Shown one piece after another: positions 18,486 to 28,016 of a stretch of DNA of 64,000 nt. Location: the IMG/VR virus record IMGVR_UViG_3300022661_000054; one strand, given 5' to 3'. A program made the position numbers and the translations under genes. The stretch comes from a virus. Taxonomy: Duplodnaviria; Heunggongvirae; Uroviricota; Caudoviricetes. The notes beneath the pieces were generated by a model that had not been told where the DNA came from, did not search any database, and saw nothing but the letters and a program-made list of their open reading frames with translations. Within the stretch, counting starts at the first letter, position 1, and the number at the start of each line of letters is the position of its first letter.

Positions 18486-19826
18486 TTAGTCTACGATACG
18501 GCCTGCAACAAGGAGAGAATCGTTAAGAAGAGCTTTAGCATACCAAGTACTGAAGCCCTGAGCAAGACCGCCATCAGGAGTACCAAGAAGCTGAGTAGGA
18601 ACGATTGCCATGTAAGGTGCATAAACACCAGCAGAACTCATCATATCGTTACCATTCAAGCCAAGGAAGAACTCACCAGACTTAAGCATAGGAGAAACAT
18701 AAACGTTTAGACCGTCAAGCTCACCAACTTTATAAGGACCATTCATCTTAGCATTCTTAACAGCAGTGAAGCCGTTTACGAAGCGAAGAACAGGAAGAAC
18801 ATCAGAAGCAATTACCATATAGTTAGGATGGAATTTCTTAGTTCTGTTGTAGATGATAGCCTTACCCATTTCAATAACCTCTAAGAAGCCATTGTAATGC
18901 TCGAACTTAGAAACACCAGCAGGAAGGGTCTTAGACCAATCAGCTAGATTATCATCATGTGCGAAAGCAGCGGTGTAGAGCATGTCAACGATCTCAGTAT
19001 CGATTTCATAAGCTAACTCGCCACAAGCCTGCTCAGCAATCTGCTTGTCGAGAGAGAAACCGTAATCAGTCTTAGCCTGGAAAGCAGTAATCTGATCATA
19101 ACGAACAGCAATTCTGCGAGGCTCAGCAACTAGAGGAATATGCTTCATTCTAGGACCGATTGCAGGAATTTCAGTAGCAGGAACTTGTTCCATCTGGAAT
19201 CTATCAATGATATAGGCAACCTTATCGCCTTCTTTAATGCCAGAAATATCATTTGTATATTTACCATTTACTTTATAAGTAGCGGTCATAGGAGCATGGC
19301 TGTCTTCTGCTAAATATTTAAAGCCATCAGCTTTAATAGTAAGGCCAGTGCCCTCTTCACCCTCTTCGAAAGCAAGCTTGCCTTCCGCACCGATAGTCTC
19401 AACAACAACCTGAGAAGTGAAGTTCATACGGGCGTCGTCCATCTTACCATGGCCGAATACGCTGTTGAACATATCATTCTTCTTAACGCCGCCCTTATCA
19501 GTAAGAGAAACGTACTCAAGATAAGCAACAGAACCGCTATAAGAAGTCATAGGATGAACGATAACAAGGTCATTAGCAATAAGAGAAGGAACTGCAATGT
19601 TAGTTAAGTTGAGGCAGAACTTCTTCCAAGCGCCCATGCTATCACGGCTAGTAGCACCGATTTCAGTGTTTAAGGACTCAGTGATCCAACGATTAGTATT
19701 GTCTAAAAGAACAGCAGTAGTAAGAGCTGTATTGCTAGACATAGTTTTGCCTTCAAAGTTCTTAGCAACATAAGCTTCAGCAACTTTGAGCTGGCGAGAA
19801 TAAGTCTCTAAAAGATTTTGTCTCAT
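18486..19826 (-). CDS. Major capsid protein (T4 gp23-like)
   Basis: LIANDLVIVHPMTSYSG, ELAYEIDTEI and AGVYAPY motifs; WITE-S candidate maturation site; strong codon bias. Confidence 0.9.
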   Translation of the reverse strand: MRQNLLETYSRQLKVAEAYVAKNFEGKTMSSNTALTTAVLLDNTNRWITESLNTEIGATSRDSMGAWKKFCLNLTNIAVPSLIANDLVIVHPMTSYSGSVAYLEYVSLTDKGGVKKNDMFNSVFGHGKMDDARMNFTSQVVVETIGAEGKLAFEEGEEGTGLTIKADGFKYLAEDSHAPMTATYKVNGKYTNDISGIKEGDKVAYIIDRFQMEQVPATEIPAIGPRMKHIPLVAEPRRIAVRYDQITAFQAKTDYGFSLDKQIAEQACGELAYEIDTEIVDMLYTAAFAHDDNLADWSKTLPAGVSKFEHYNGFLEVIEMGKAIIYNRTKKFHPNYMVIASDVLPVLRFVNGFTAVKNAKMNGPYKVGELDGLNVYVSPMLKSGEFFLGLNGNDMMSSAGVYAPYMAIVPTQLLGTPDGGLAQGFSTWYAKALLNDSLLVAGRIVD

Positions 19827-19887
19827 GATTATACCTCTTTCTAAAAGTTAATAATTGTAATTTAATAATTTTATATGAGCTTATGTA

Positions 19888-21852
19888 TTACTTCAATCCG
19901 GCAAGCTCTAGAAGGTCATCATCAACCTCATATCCATATTCTGGGCTTCTGTTTACCTGTTTAGAAACAGATTCAGCAATACGGGCTGAAGTTTTTGTTC
20001 TTCCGCCGAATGGAAGTCTACTGAAACTTACAGTAGAATCAAGGATTTGGTCACAAACAGCATCAACATCTGCTAGAGTGTAGTTTTCATTGAGGCGGCT
20101 TGTAATTTCAGAAGGCTGAACACCTAACATGCTTGCTTTAGATTCAACATATCTAGTAAGTGTTTCAATAAAGCGAGCTTTATATGATTTAGCTAAGTTT
20201 GTTCTTTCCTGAAGTTTTTCAGTATAAACTTTAGTCTGACCTTCTAATTTAGCTTCAAGAGCCTCTGACTTTTTAGTAAGCTTTGAAAGTTCTTCATTAA
20301 GACGTCTCTCAGCAGCTTTACTTGTGTTCATACTCTCTTTTAGCTGTTGTGCGTTATTAACCTTTTCAGTTAATGTTTCAATAGTTTTGCTTGATTGTGT
20401 TAACTTTTCTGTGAGCTCTTTTACTTTAGATTGTAGCTCAGGAACTTTTGCAGCTTCTGCACTAGTATTTCTAAATGCAGTTCTGTACCGTGTTAATTTT
20501 TCTTGTAACTCTTGTTCTTTGGCATCGCCAACTGTCTTAGCCTTACGCAAATCTTTAACTTCGGTTTCCAAAGCTTCCTTCTGACGAATCATCTCTTTTA
20601 AGCTTTCAATTACTTCAACATCTCCGTCATCATCGGCTGTGTCTTCGTCCTCGCCAACTTCTTCGATAGTTTCAACAGGGGTTTCTTCATCTTCAGTTGT
20701 CTCTATATTTGAATCTGCCTCAACTGATTCTTCATCAGTCTCTTTGCAGTGAACACCTAGAACTAAAACAGGCTCTTCACCATCTTCATCTACAAAAGAT
20801 GTGAAGCCGTCTAACTCATGCTCTTCGCCATTGATTTCAACAGGCTCAAGTTCAACTTTAGTGTCATCATCGAACTCCTGGAGAAGCTCAATAGCATCTT
20901 TAACAGTATCAAGATTTTCTGTTTCTGTGTTATCAATATCTACAAATACTTCTGCAGCGGCTTCTTCAGAATCTTCTAAGGGTTCCTCTTCTGTAGCTTC
21001 GTCAGCAATATCCTCAGCAGACTCTTCAGTAGACTCTTCAGTTACTTCCTCAGAAGATTCTTCAGTCACTTCATCGGCTTTATCATCAGAATCTTCATCT
21101 GCAGGCATTTCTTCTACAAGAACTTCTTCTTCAGCATCTGGGTCCATTGGAATATCCTCAGCAGTTAAAACTTTTTTTTCTGCTTTAACTTCTTCATAAG
21201 CCTCAGTAAGTTCTTCTTTAATATCTATATTTAAATTTTCTAAAGCTTTTTTCATAGCATCTTTATCCTCTTCTTTTGCAGCTTTGTAAGACTCTGCAAG
21301 AGCTTTCTTAAGCTTCATACCATTAGAGTCTAAAGATTCACAAACATTAAGTCTTGCTTTTTTAACTGCAGGTAGTTGAACAATATCCCAAGTTTCGAGA
21401 AAAAATGTTTCTGGATCTACTTGATTATTATCCATAACGTCTCCGGAGCCTCGTGAGCTAATTCCGGGAACGAATCCGTAATCTACAAGCGTTTTTAGCA
21501 ATCTACCATTAGGAGTATCTAAAATATCAACATAGGCAACTAAGTCATCACCGACAATTTTAGGAACTTCTGGAATGCAGGCACAAGCTTGCTTCATATC
21601 AGTTTCTTCTCTATCAGCAGGATGCCCTAATTCCAAGAAAAGTGCTTTAGTGGCCACTTTTTCTAAGAAAATGTCATCTTCAAGAGCTTTCTCCCAAAGA
21701 GGTTTATTATATAGTCTTCCGTTTCTAGTACTCTCAACACAAGTAGCGATAGGACCATATAATCTACCTAATATATGCCTAGCTGTCATTTCTTCCTGCG
21801 ATAATGGCTGCATTTGTAACGCTTCAAGAATTCTTTTATTCTTTATATCCAT
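19888..21852 (-). CDS. Prohead protease (gp21-like) fused to acidic/coiled-coil scaffold
   Basis: TRNGRLY, ELGHP, ILDTPNG, GISSRGSG and WDIVQLP protease motifs, then an acidic region and long coiled coil. Confidence 0.88.
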   Translation of the reverse strand: MDIKNKRILEALQMQPLSQEEMTARHILGRLYGPIATCVESTRNGRLYNKPLWEKALEDDIFLEKVATKALFLELGHPADREETDMKQACACIPEVPKIVGDDLVAYVDILDTPNGRLLKTLVDYGFVPGISSRGSGDVMDNNQVDPETFFLETWDIVQLPAVKKARLNVCESLDSNGMKLKKALAESYKAAKEEDKDAMKKALENLNIDIKEELTEAYEEVKAEKKVLTAEDIPMDPDAEEEVLVEEMPADEDSDDKADEVTEESSEEVTEESTEESAEDIADEATEEEPLEDSEEAAAEVFVDIDNTETENLDTVKDAIELLQEFDDDTKVELEPVEINGEEHELDGFTSFVDEDGEEPVLVLGVHCKETDEESVEADSNIETTEDEETPVETIEEVGEDEDTADDDGDVEVIESLKEMIRQKEALETEVKDLRKAKTVGDAKEQELQEKLTRYRTAFRNTSAEAAKVPELQSKVKELTEKLTQSSKTIETLTEKVNNAQQLKESMNTSKAAERRLNEELSKLTKKSEALEAKLEGQTKVYTEKLQERTNLAKSYKARFIETLTRYVESKASMLGVQPSEITSRLNENYTLADVDAVCDQILDSTVSFSRLPFGGRTKTSARIAESVSKQVNRSPEYGYEVDDDLLELAGLK

Positions 21853-21882
21853 AATCGTCCTCTTTAATTACAGCATTCTAAA

Positions 21883-21892
21883 TAATTTAGCA
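21883..21892 (-). promoter_or_regulatory. Putative late promoter TGCTAAATTA
   Basis: Motif copy upstream of the protease-capsid operon. Confidence 0.7.
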
Positions 21893-21926
21893 ATTTATTA
21901 AATTATAAACTTAATAAATTATTAAA

Positions 21927-22319
21927 TTATTCTACATCTTCCTGTTCGTCAGAAGTGCCTTCGCCACTGTTGACCTCAGGATCTTTTTCAGGCTCACTTG
22001 CTACAGGAGCTTTAGGCTCTTCAATGTTTGCAGGTGCAGGTTCATTGGTATCTGTGTCCTCTACTAAGATTTTTTCAAAGCCTTCAATTTTGCTACCAGT
22101 AGGTTTGCCCTCTTTGTCAAATTTAGCAGCAGTAGTGTCAGCTACATAGAACTCGCCTTCATATTCATAAATAGTTTTGCCTGCATACTCAGCATCTTTA
22201 AAAGAAGCTAATTTTGTGTCATCAGCATTTGGATAGATGCTAGACTTAGAAGCATAGAAAGTTCTTTCTCCGCCAGCAGCAACATCATAAACTACTTTAT
22301 AACCGTTCTTATAATTCAT
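21927..22319 (-). CDS. Hypothetical late protein with acidic tail
   Basis: 130 aa, own late motif, AAGGAG RBS. Confidence 0.55.
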   Translation of the reverse strand: MNYKNGYKVVYDVAAGGERTFYASKSSIYPNADDTKLASFKDAEYAGKTIYEYEGEFYVADTTAAKFDKEGKPTGSKIEGFEKILVEDTDTNEPAPANIEEPKAPVASEPEKDPEVNSGEGTSDEQEDVE

Positions 22320-22380
22320 TATAAATGTCTCCTTATATGAATAGTAATTTTTAAATATTTAGACTTACTGTCTAATCAAT

Positions 22381-22390
22381 TAATTTAGCG
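22381..22390 (-). promoter_or_regulatory. Putative late promoter CGCTAAATTA
   Basis: Motif variant directly after a terminator. Confidence 0.6.
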
Positions 22391-22406
22391 AATTTTTTTG
22401 TAATAA

Positions 22407-22439
22407 AATAAAAACCATAGCTTAGCTATGGTTTTTATT
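22407..22439 (-). terminator. Intrinsic terminator
   Basis: AATAAAAACCATAGC-TTA-GCTATGGTTTTTATT. Confidence 0.8.
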
Positions 22440-22444
22440 AAAAA

Positions 22445-22918
22445 TTAATTTAAAGCTTCTCTACGCCCACTGATATGCTCAAGAACAATTAAGTCTGTTT
22501 TTAGCAGTTTGATTAAAGCTAGACAGTGTTCAAGCGCACCAGTAGCATAGTAGTTATTTAATACTCTAGTTATTTCTTCTGCTCTTACTTCCCGCTGAAA
22601 AATTTCTTTGTTAGAAGTCAACTTTTTTGCGTATAAATTAATCTGAACAAGTAGACAAGATAAAGTTGTAATTATTTCGTCAGGATCTTCAATTTCTTTT
22701 ACAATATTATGATATAGCGGAGATTTTTTTTGATTGTGCTTTTTACGCAGCATCTCATAAAAGTTGGCTACCTCAATACCACGATTATCTAAGATAAACT
22801 TTAATACGTCCATTGGGATATCTTTTGTAGTGATAAGCTTTTTCATAGGGTTATCAATATTGATACCCTTATCTTCTAGCGAGACTAAAATAGTTAAACA
22901 ATCGTTTTTTGTAATCAT
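22445..22918 (-). CDS. Hypothetical helical protein after portal
   Basis: 157-aa ORF with AAAGG RBS. Confidence 0.55.
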   Translation of the reverse strand: MITKNDCLTILVSLEDKGINIDNPMKKLITTKDIPMDVLKFILDNRGIEVANFYEMLRKKHNQKKSPLYHNIVKEIEDPDEIITTLSCLLVQINLYAKKLTSNKEIFQREVRAEEITRVLNNYYATGALEHCLALIKLLKTDLIVLEHISGRREALN

Positions 22919-22943
22919 TTTTTAAATGCCTTTCTAATCAACT

Positions 22944-24890
22944 TTAGTTATTTTCTGAAAAATCTTTTTCTGAGTCCAAGTCAGCAGGGGAAGGAAGATC
23001 ATCTTCTGTTAAGATATTACTAGTAAGTTCTTGTTCCTCAAGAAGAATGTCGCCTGTTCCTGTATTAAACGCTTCTAACGCATCAAGTGAACCGAGGTCC
23101 ATGTCTTCTTCTGCAGATGATTCTGTTTCAGCGCTGTCCATATCTGCGGCCTCCGATGCAGTGTCTACTTCCTCGCCTTCCTCTTCAGCTTCAAGAGCAG
23201 CTTTTTCGATAGCCTCAATTTCAGCATCAATTTCAGTGTTAAGAGCATCACCATAATTGAGCGCCGATAGTAAGGCTTTTAGAATACGTAGACGACGTGG
23301 CTTGTCTTCGATATCAGTAAATAGACCTTGCATACTGCTAATAGCATTAATCTTATTTGTTAATTCATTACGATAATCAATTTCTTCTTGAGTTACTGGT
23401 GCTTTCATTTTTAAAGTGAAGTTATTTAGATAACTCTTAAGTCCTTTGTTTAACAGGAATAGATTAATAGCATCAGTAATAGCTTGAATCATTGCATTTT
23501 GTACACTTTTAACACCTTTAGCATAAACACTAGATAAAATAGATAGCGAAGTACCACCATTAAACCCGGCCCCATCGTCTGTCCAGCCAAAGTACTGTTT
23601 AGGAATGCCGTAAGAAGAATAAAATTTATTATTCCACCAATCAAGGTCTGCTAGATTTTTTACTTCAACATCCCCGCCAACAGCTTCAACAGTAATCTGC
23701 CCTTGCCCGCCATGAGTAGCAAAATAAATATTATTTTCAACAGGACCTGGATTATTATATTCTGACATAGAGTTTCCAACATTGATCGCACTCTTCTGCT
23801 CCATCATATCTTTAACTCTACGTAGTACTTGTTGTACTTGTTCTTTCGGCATATCACCGACTTCAACACCTACTTTACGAACGATGCTAGAACGTGTAAT
23901 TCTATTTAAGAGCGCCGCATTCTCAAGTAGTGCTTTTTCACGCCAAATTTTATATGAATCATATAATAGTGACTTGCCACGACGAACACTATAAGACTGG
24001 CTCTTCTTCCCGTCTTCACCTATGAAAAGCTCAACTTTCTCAGGAAATCTTGTAAAGTTATCTTCTAGACAGGCGTGTACAAAGTCGTCTGCTTGATACA
24101 CATTTACATCAGCTGACTTCATTCTAAAGTTATATGTACCTGTCATAGATGACCCAGAAAAAGCTGAAGTAGCATCTAAAGCAGACTCATTATTAGGCAC
24201 TTCTATATAGCCATATGTTTTACCAAATTTAGTTAGCTCAAACATTGTGCCTGGGTCATCAACAGGTTCTACATAAAAACTGTACGGGTCTGTATCAGAA
24301 TGTAAGTTTAAATTAACCGCTTCGTCAAGTTTATCTGCATGTGAATTTTTATTTAAATCGTCATATGCTTCATTTAGAGTGCTACGAGCAGAGTTAGCGA
24401 TATTAACGTTATCAGGCGTAAATAGCTCATCTGCATAATCCGATTCTCTATACAGACGTAGGTATAGGTCACCATATTTTAACAGTGCGTATGTCCAGCC
24501 GTACATGTTTTTATCGGCATTCATTATATTTAGTATATAGTTAACAAATTTGCTAATCTGTGGATCATTAGCTTCACACCAAATAACATGTCCATTATCG
24601 GCCGGTTCACAAACATCTTCTGCATAGGTTCTTAGAATAGCAGAAACAGAAGAATCTTGTGCCATGGTGTCAATAAGTTGATATACTTGATCTCTTGCGT
24701 TTGAGATGCTGGTGAAGTTCTCTAATGAGGACATATCCAGTCTGCTGGTTAAACCAGCCTCGATAATATTATCAACTAGAGTTTTTTGAACATCAATATC
24801 TAAAGTTGTGGTATTGTCCAGTGTCACAGGCTGTGTTTGACTACCGACTAGTGGATGTGATGTTTTCTTTTTTGTTTTATTTTCAGCCAT
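22944..24890 (-). CDS. Portal protein (T4 gp20-like)
   Basis: LLKYGD, LLENAALLNRITRS, VEVGDMP and YGIPKQYF motifs; follows the terminase. Confidence 0.88.
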   Translation of the reverse strand: MAENKTKKKTSHPLVGSQTQPVTLDNTTTLDIDVQKTLVDNIIEAGLTSRLDMSSLENFTSISNARDQVYQLIDTMAQDSSVSAILRTYAEDVCEPADNGHVIWCEANDPQISKFVNYILNIMNADKNMYGWTYALLKYGDLYLRLYRESDYADELFTPDNVNIANSARSTLNEAYDDLNKNSHADKLDEAVNLNLHSDTDPYSFYVEPVDDPGTMFELTKFGKTYGYIEVPNNESALDATSAFSGSSMTGTYNFRMKSADVNVYQADDFVHACLEDNFTRFPEKVELFIGEDGKKSQSYSVRRGKSLLYDSYKIWREKALLENAALLNRITRSSIVRKVGVEVGDMPKEQVQQVLRRVKDMMEQKSAINVGNSMSEYNNPGPVENNIYFATHGGQGQITVEAVGGDVEVKNLADLDWWNNKFYSSYGIPKQYFGWTDDGAGFNGGTSLSILSSVYAKGVKSVQNAMIQAITDAINLFLLNKGLKSYLNNFTLKMKAPVTQEEIDYRNELTNKINAISSMQGLFTDIEDKPRRLRILKALLSALNYGDALNTEIDAEIEAIEKAALEAEEEGEEVDTASEAADMDSAETESSAEEDMDLGSLDALEAFNTGTGDILLEEQELTSNILTEDDLPSPADLDSEKDFSENN

Positions 24891-24906
24891 AATCTACGGT
24901 CTCCTC

Positions 24907-26958
24907 TTATAAAATAATAATACCGTTCATAATATCTTGGTATGTTTCATATTCTTGTTTTTTCTGTTGAGCTACTACAGCATCAGCTGCAGACATATCA
25001 AAATAAATTTTAGTTAATTCTTCTTCAAAGGAAGCAATCATTTGATGCTTTTTGTAGTCATCAGAGTCAGCTACATTAACATCTAAAGACGTTTCTAGAT
25101 TTTCTCCATAATCATAAGCATATTCTTCTGCAAACTCACTTGCTAAAAATAGTGAACCGCAGACTGCGTCAGCCTGGTCTTTTGAGAAATTTTGTGGGTG
25201 GTCTATATGGCCATCTGAAAGCCTCTCTAAACTGACTATTTCTTCAGTAAGCAATGTACAATCCTTATACATTTGTATATGACGTTCATATATAGCAGAT
25301 TTAAAAAAAGCATATGGTAAACACGTTTTTGTAGAGTTATCTACACGGTCAACAGAAAGTATTTTAGTTTTAAATCCATCACTTTTTAACTGCTGCTGAA
25401 TTTGAGCGCTTTGATAGGTATCCGAGCTGACTCCTTTTATAGCAAAACCTCGGTCTCTTAACCAACGTATAAAGTTTCTATTTTTTTCAAAACTTACTTG
25501 AAATCCTTTAGGGGCTTTGACTGACACAGAAAAAGCTAATTTAAACTCAAGTTCTTTACTCGGGTCACTACTACCTGCTTGCTGAGGGCGTTTTCCGGTT
25601 ATCCAAACACCAGCAATACCAGTTTTGTCTCCAGATAAAGACATATCAAGATGTATAAATAACGGTCTAGCCATGTCCCTAGGATTAACACGTGATAAAT
25701 CAAAGAAGTTAGAGTATTGCATCACATCATCTGGACTATTACCAACTTCAATAACGTCTTTAGTAAATGGATTTCTATAAGTATCTGTCTTTATCTGGTT
25801 TAGACGGACACCTGAGATATATTTAGTCGTACTTGAAGTTGAAATACCTGCATTATCAGTGAGGGCAAGGTCCATGTTATCTTCAAAAGCTTCTCTATAA
25901 ATAGGAGGAACTTTTAGCATAAAGTAACCTTTTTCTCTATAAGCGTTTACTTCTTCTTCAGTAGCATCTATAGGTAGAAGTTCATGCGCTAAGAATTTAT
26001 TACCGACTGCAACATAAAAACTTCCAGGGTCATCTGGAGATCCTTTATCATTTCTCACTACCCACTGTGGTTCATCTACAATTAGAGTTGTCTTACTCTC
26101 ATTTTGTCGCTTCATTTCTATGTACGATTCCATAAAAGCTTGTTCAGAATCTTTTGATGAAGCAATAATATTCATCGTTGGAAGATAGGTGCCTTTACCA
26201 AAACGAGAAATCATACGAGCATCAATCTGAGAAATCATCTTTTTTAATTTTGCTTTTTGTTTTTCTACATTATTACCAACGCCGAAGTTAACTTCATCAG
26301 AAAAGTTTGAAAATAGGGCACGACCAACAACGTGACGATTGCTAGAACCAAATACAAGCTCAATTCCCTTTGGAGGTTGCCACTGTGGGTTTGTTCTACT
26401 AGCGTTCATATTACCGCGTTCCATAAACCAGTCGGAACTTTGTAATAATTGTTGCATTTTATCCCAACCAACACCTTGAGCAGCCTCTAATGTGACGTTT
26501 AGCATTGAGAATGTGATCTTGTCTATTGGCTGCATACCGTAGTATGTATAAGGGTCTTTTAGACACAACATTCTATATAATAAATATAGCTGACATACTA
26601 CTGCGATAAAAGATTTACCAAGACCGATAGAGCCGGTTAAAATTACAGTATTGTATCTTGTAGTTAAGTTATCGGGAAATATCTCTTTTAACTTTTCAAC
26701 CCAATATGGGAATACTGTGCACTTTCGCTCTCCAGTAAACTCATCTTTAATATAGAGTCCACGCCCAAGATAGCGTTCATCCGAAATAAACGTCATTATG
26801 TCTACTGGTACTTCTTCAAAGTCGGAATATTTTAGGTCTTCTAACGTGTTTGAAAAACCTTCTTGCGAGTACTCTTTTAAAATTTCAAGTGCAAGCGCAC
26901 GCTCTTCAGGAGACAGGCTATTTAGTTGTTCTAAACTTATTTCGTTTGATATCATCAA
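24907..26958 (-). CDS. terL: Terminase large subunit
   Basis: Walker A TGSIGLGKS, Walker B FSDE, nuclease HLDMS...KDQADA; adjacent to the portal. Confidence 0.88.
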   Translation of the reverse strand: MMISNEISLEQLNSLSPEERALALEILKEYSQEGFSNTLEDLKYSDFEEVPVDIMTFISDERYLGRGLYIKDEFTGERKCTVFPYWVEKLKEIFPDNLTTRYNTVILTGSIGLGKSFIAVVCQLYLLYRMLCLKDPYTYYGMQPIDKITFSMLNVTLEAAQGVGWDKMQQLLQSSDWFMERGNMNASRTNPQWQPPKGIELVFGSSNRHVVGRALFSNFSDEVNFGVGNNVEKQKAKLKKMISQIDARMISRFGKGTYLPTMNIIASSKDSEQAFMESYIEMKRQNESKTTLIVDEPQWVVRNDKGSPDDPGSFYVAVGNKFLAHELLPIDATEEEVNAYREKGYFMLKVPPIYREAFEDNMDLALTDNAGISTSSTTKYISGVRLNQIKTDTYRNPFTKDVIEVGNSPDDVMQYSNFFDLSRVNPRDMARPLFIHLDMSLSGDKTGIAGVWITGKRPQQAGSSDPSKELEFKLAFSVSVKAPKGFQVSFEKNRNFIRWLRDRGFAIKGVSSDTYQSAQIQQQLKSDGFKTKILSVDRVDNSTKTCLPYAFFKSAIYERHIQMYKDCTLLTEEIVSLERLSDGHIDHPQNFSKDQADAVCGSLFLASEFAEEYAYDYGENLETSLDVNVADSDDYKKHQMIASFEEELTKIYFDMSAADAVVAQQKKQEYETYQDIMNGIIIL

Positions 26959-26982
26959 GTCGAAAATTCTCCTTTTTACTAT

Positions 26983-26993
26983 ATATTATACAA
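26983..26993 (-). promoter_or_regulatory. TGTATAATAT-class promoter (-10 only)
   Basis: TTGTATAATAT upstream of terL; same element precedes replication genes. Confidence 0.55.
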
Positions 26994-26995
26994 TA

Positions 26996-27919
26996 TTACT
27001 TTTTATCTTCCGTTTCTTCGTGTGATGCCTCTGTTGCTTTGGTAGCAGAGGCCTTATTGTCAGAAGTTTCTTTAGTTTCTTTATCCTGTTCTTTAGAAAG
27101 TTTATCAGCATAAACTGGGTTAATATTAGAACCTTTTTTAAACTTTCCACGATTTTTTGCCCAGTCATTAATAACATCGATAAGGTCTTTTCCAGTTTCT
27201 AAGTCTTCATTATCAGCTACTATTTCATTCTCAGCTGCTTCATCGGCAGGCACTCCATAAAGCTTTGGAAATACCAATTTTAGGAAAGCTTCTGGTTTTT
27301 TCTCAGATAAGAAATGACAATAGTTATTAATTACAGAGCTGACACGCATCATCCAGTCACCATTAGCTAATACTAATAATGAGTGTTTACAACCTCTACC
27401 TTTATCATCGTTGGGGTTTGCAATACCTTTGCCGGGTCCTGGGTCTTTAGAAGAATCATCAACAGACACATTTTTTAAGATATTCCAGTGAGCAAAGCGA
27501 TATTTAAAATCTGGACAAGTACATTTTATATAAACATCTGTAGTATTAAATACTTTTGTCAATGCTTGAACAATTGTTCTATATTCAAGTTTATTGCCGT
27601 TATTTTTTATATTCTTATTAATTTCAGCAACAACGCCCTCAAGTTTAATAGTAACAGTATACTCATCGCTTTCTCCGACGACAGGAATATTCACTAATAA
27701 AATATCCTGTTTAAAAAGTGAGTTCATGTCTATCTTATTATAGCTTTTAACAGCATTAGCAAGTTTAGAGTACTTCTTTCTTTGGAATCTATTAGCGCCT
27801 CTTTCTTTGTTTTTATACACACCAACGTTTCTAGACTGTGCTATGAGAGAAGTACGATTAGCTTCTGTTAGTTTAAGTAATTCAGTTAAGCATTGTTCCT
27901 GAAGAGTTTGTTTTCTCAT
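26996..27919 (-). CDS. SWIM zinc-finger protein
   Basis: IKCTCPDF...GCKH SWIM signature; own late motif; N-terminal L-x-E cluster. Confidence 0.7.
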   Translation of the reverse strand: MRKQTLQEQCLTELLKLTEANRTSLIAQSRNVGVYKNKERGANRFQRKKYSKLANAVKSYNKIDMNSLFKQDILLVNIPVVGESDEYTVTIKLEGVVAEINKNIKNNGNKLEYRTIVQALTKVFNTTDVYIKCTCPDFKYRFAHWNILKNVSVDDSSKDPGPGKGIANPNDDKGRGCKHSLLVLANGDWMMRVSSVINNYCHFLSEKKPEAFLKLVFPKLYGVPADEAAENEIVADNEDLETGKDLIDVINDWAKNRGKFKKGSNINPVYADKLSKEQDKETKETSDNKASATKATEASHEETEDKK

Positions 27920-27952
27920 TACTATTTAAGTCCTTTCAAATGAATTACTGTA

Positions 27953-27962
27953 TAATTTAGCA
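27953..27962 (-). promoter_or_regulatory. Putative late promoter TGCTAAATTA
   Basis: Motif copy upstream of the SWIM gene. Confidence 0.7.
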
Positions 27963-27976
27963 AATTATTTAGAGAT

Positions 27977-28012
27977 AAAAAATAAAGAGTGCCTACTTCA
28001 GCACTCTTTATT
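27977..28012 (-). terminator. Intrinsic terminator
   Basis: AATAAAGAGTGC...GCACTCTTTATT. Confidence 0.75.
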
Positions 28013-28016
28013 AATT

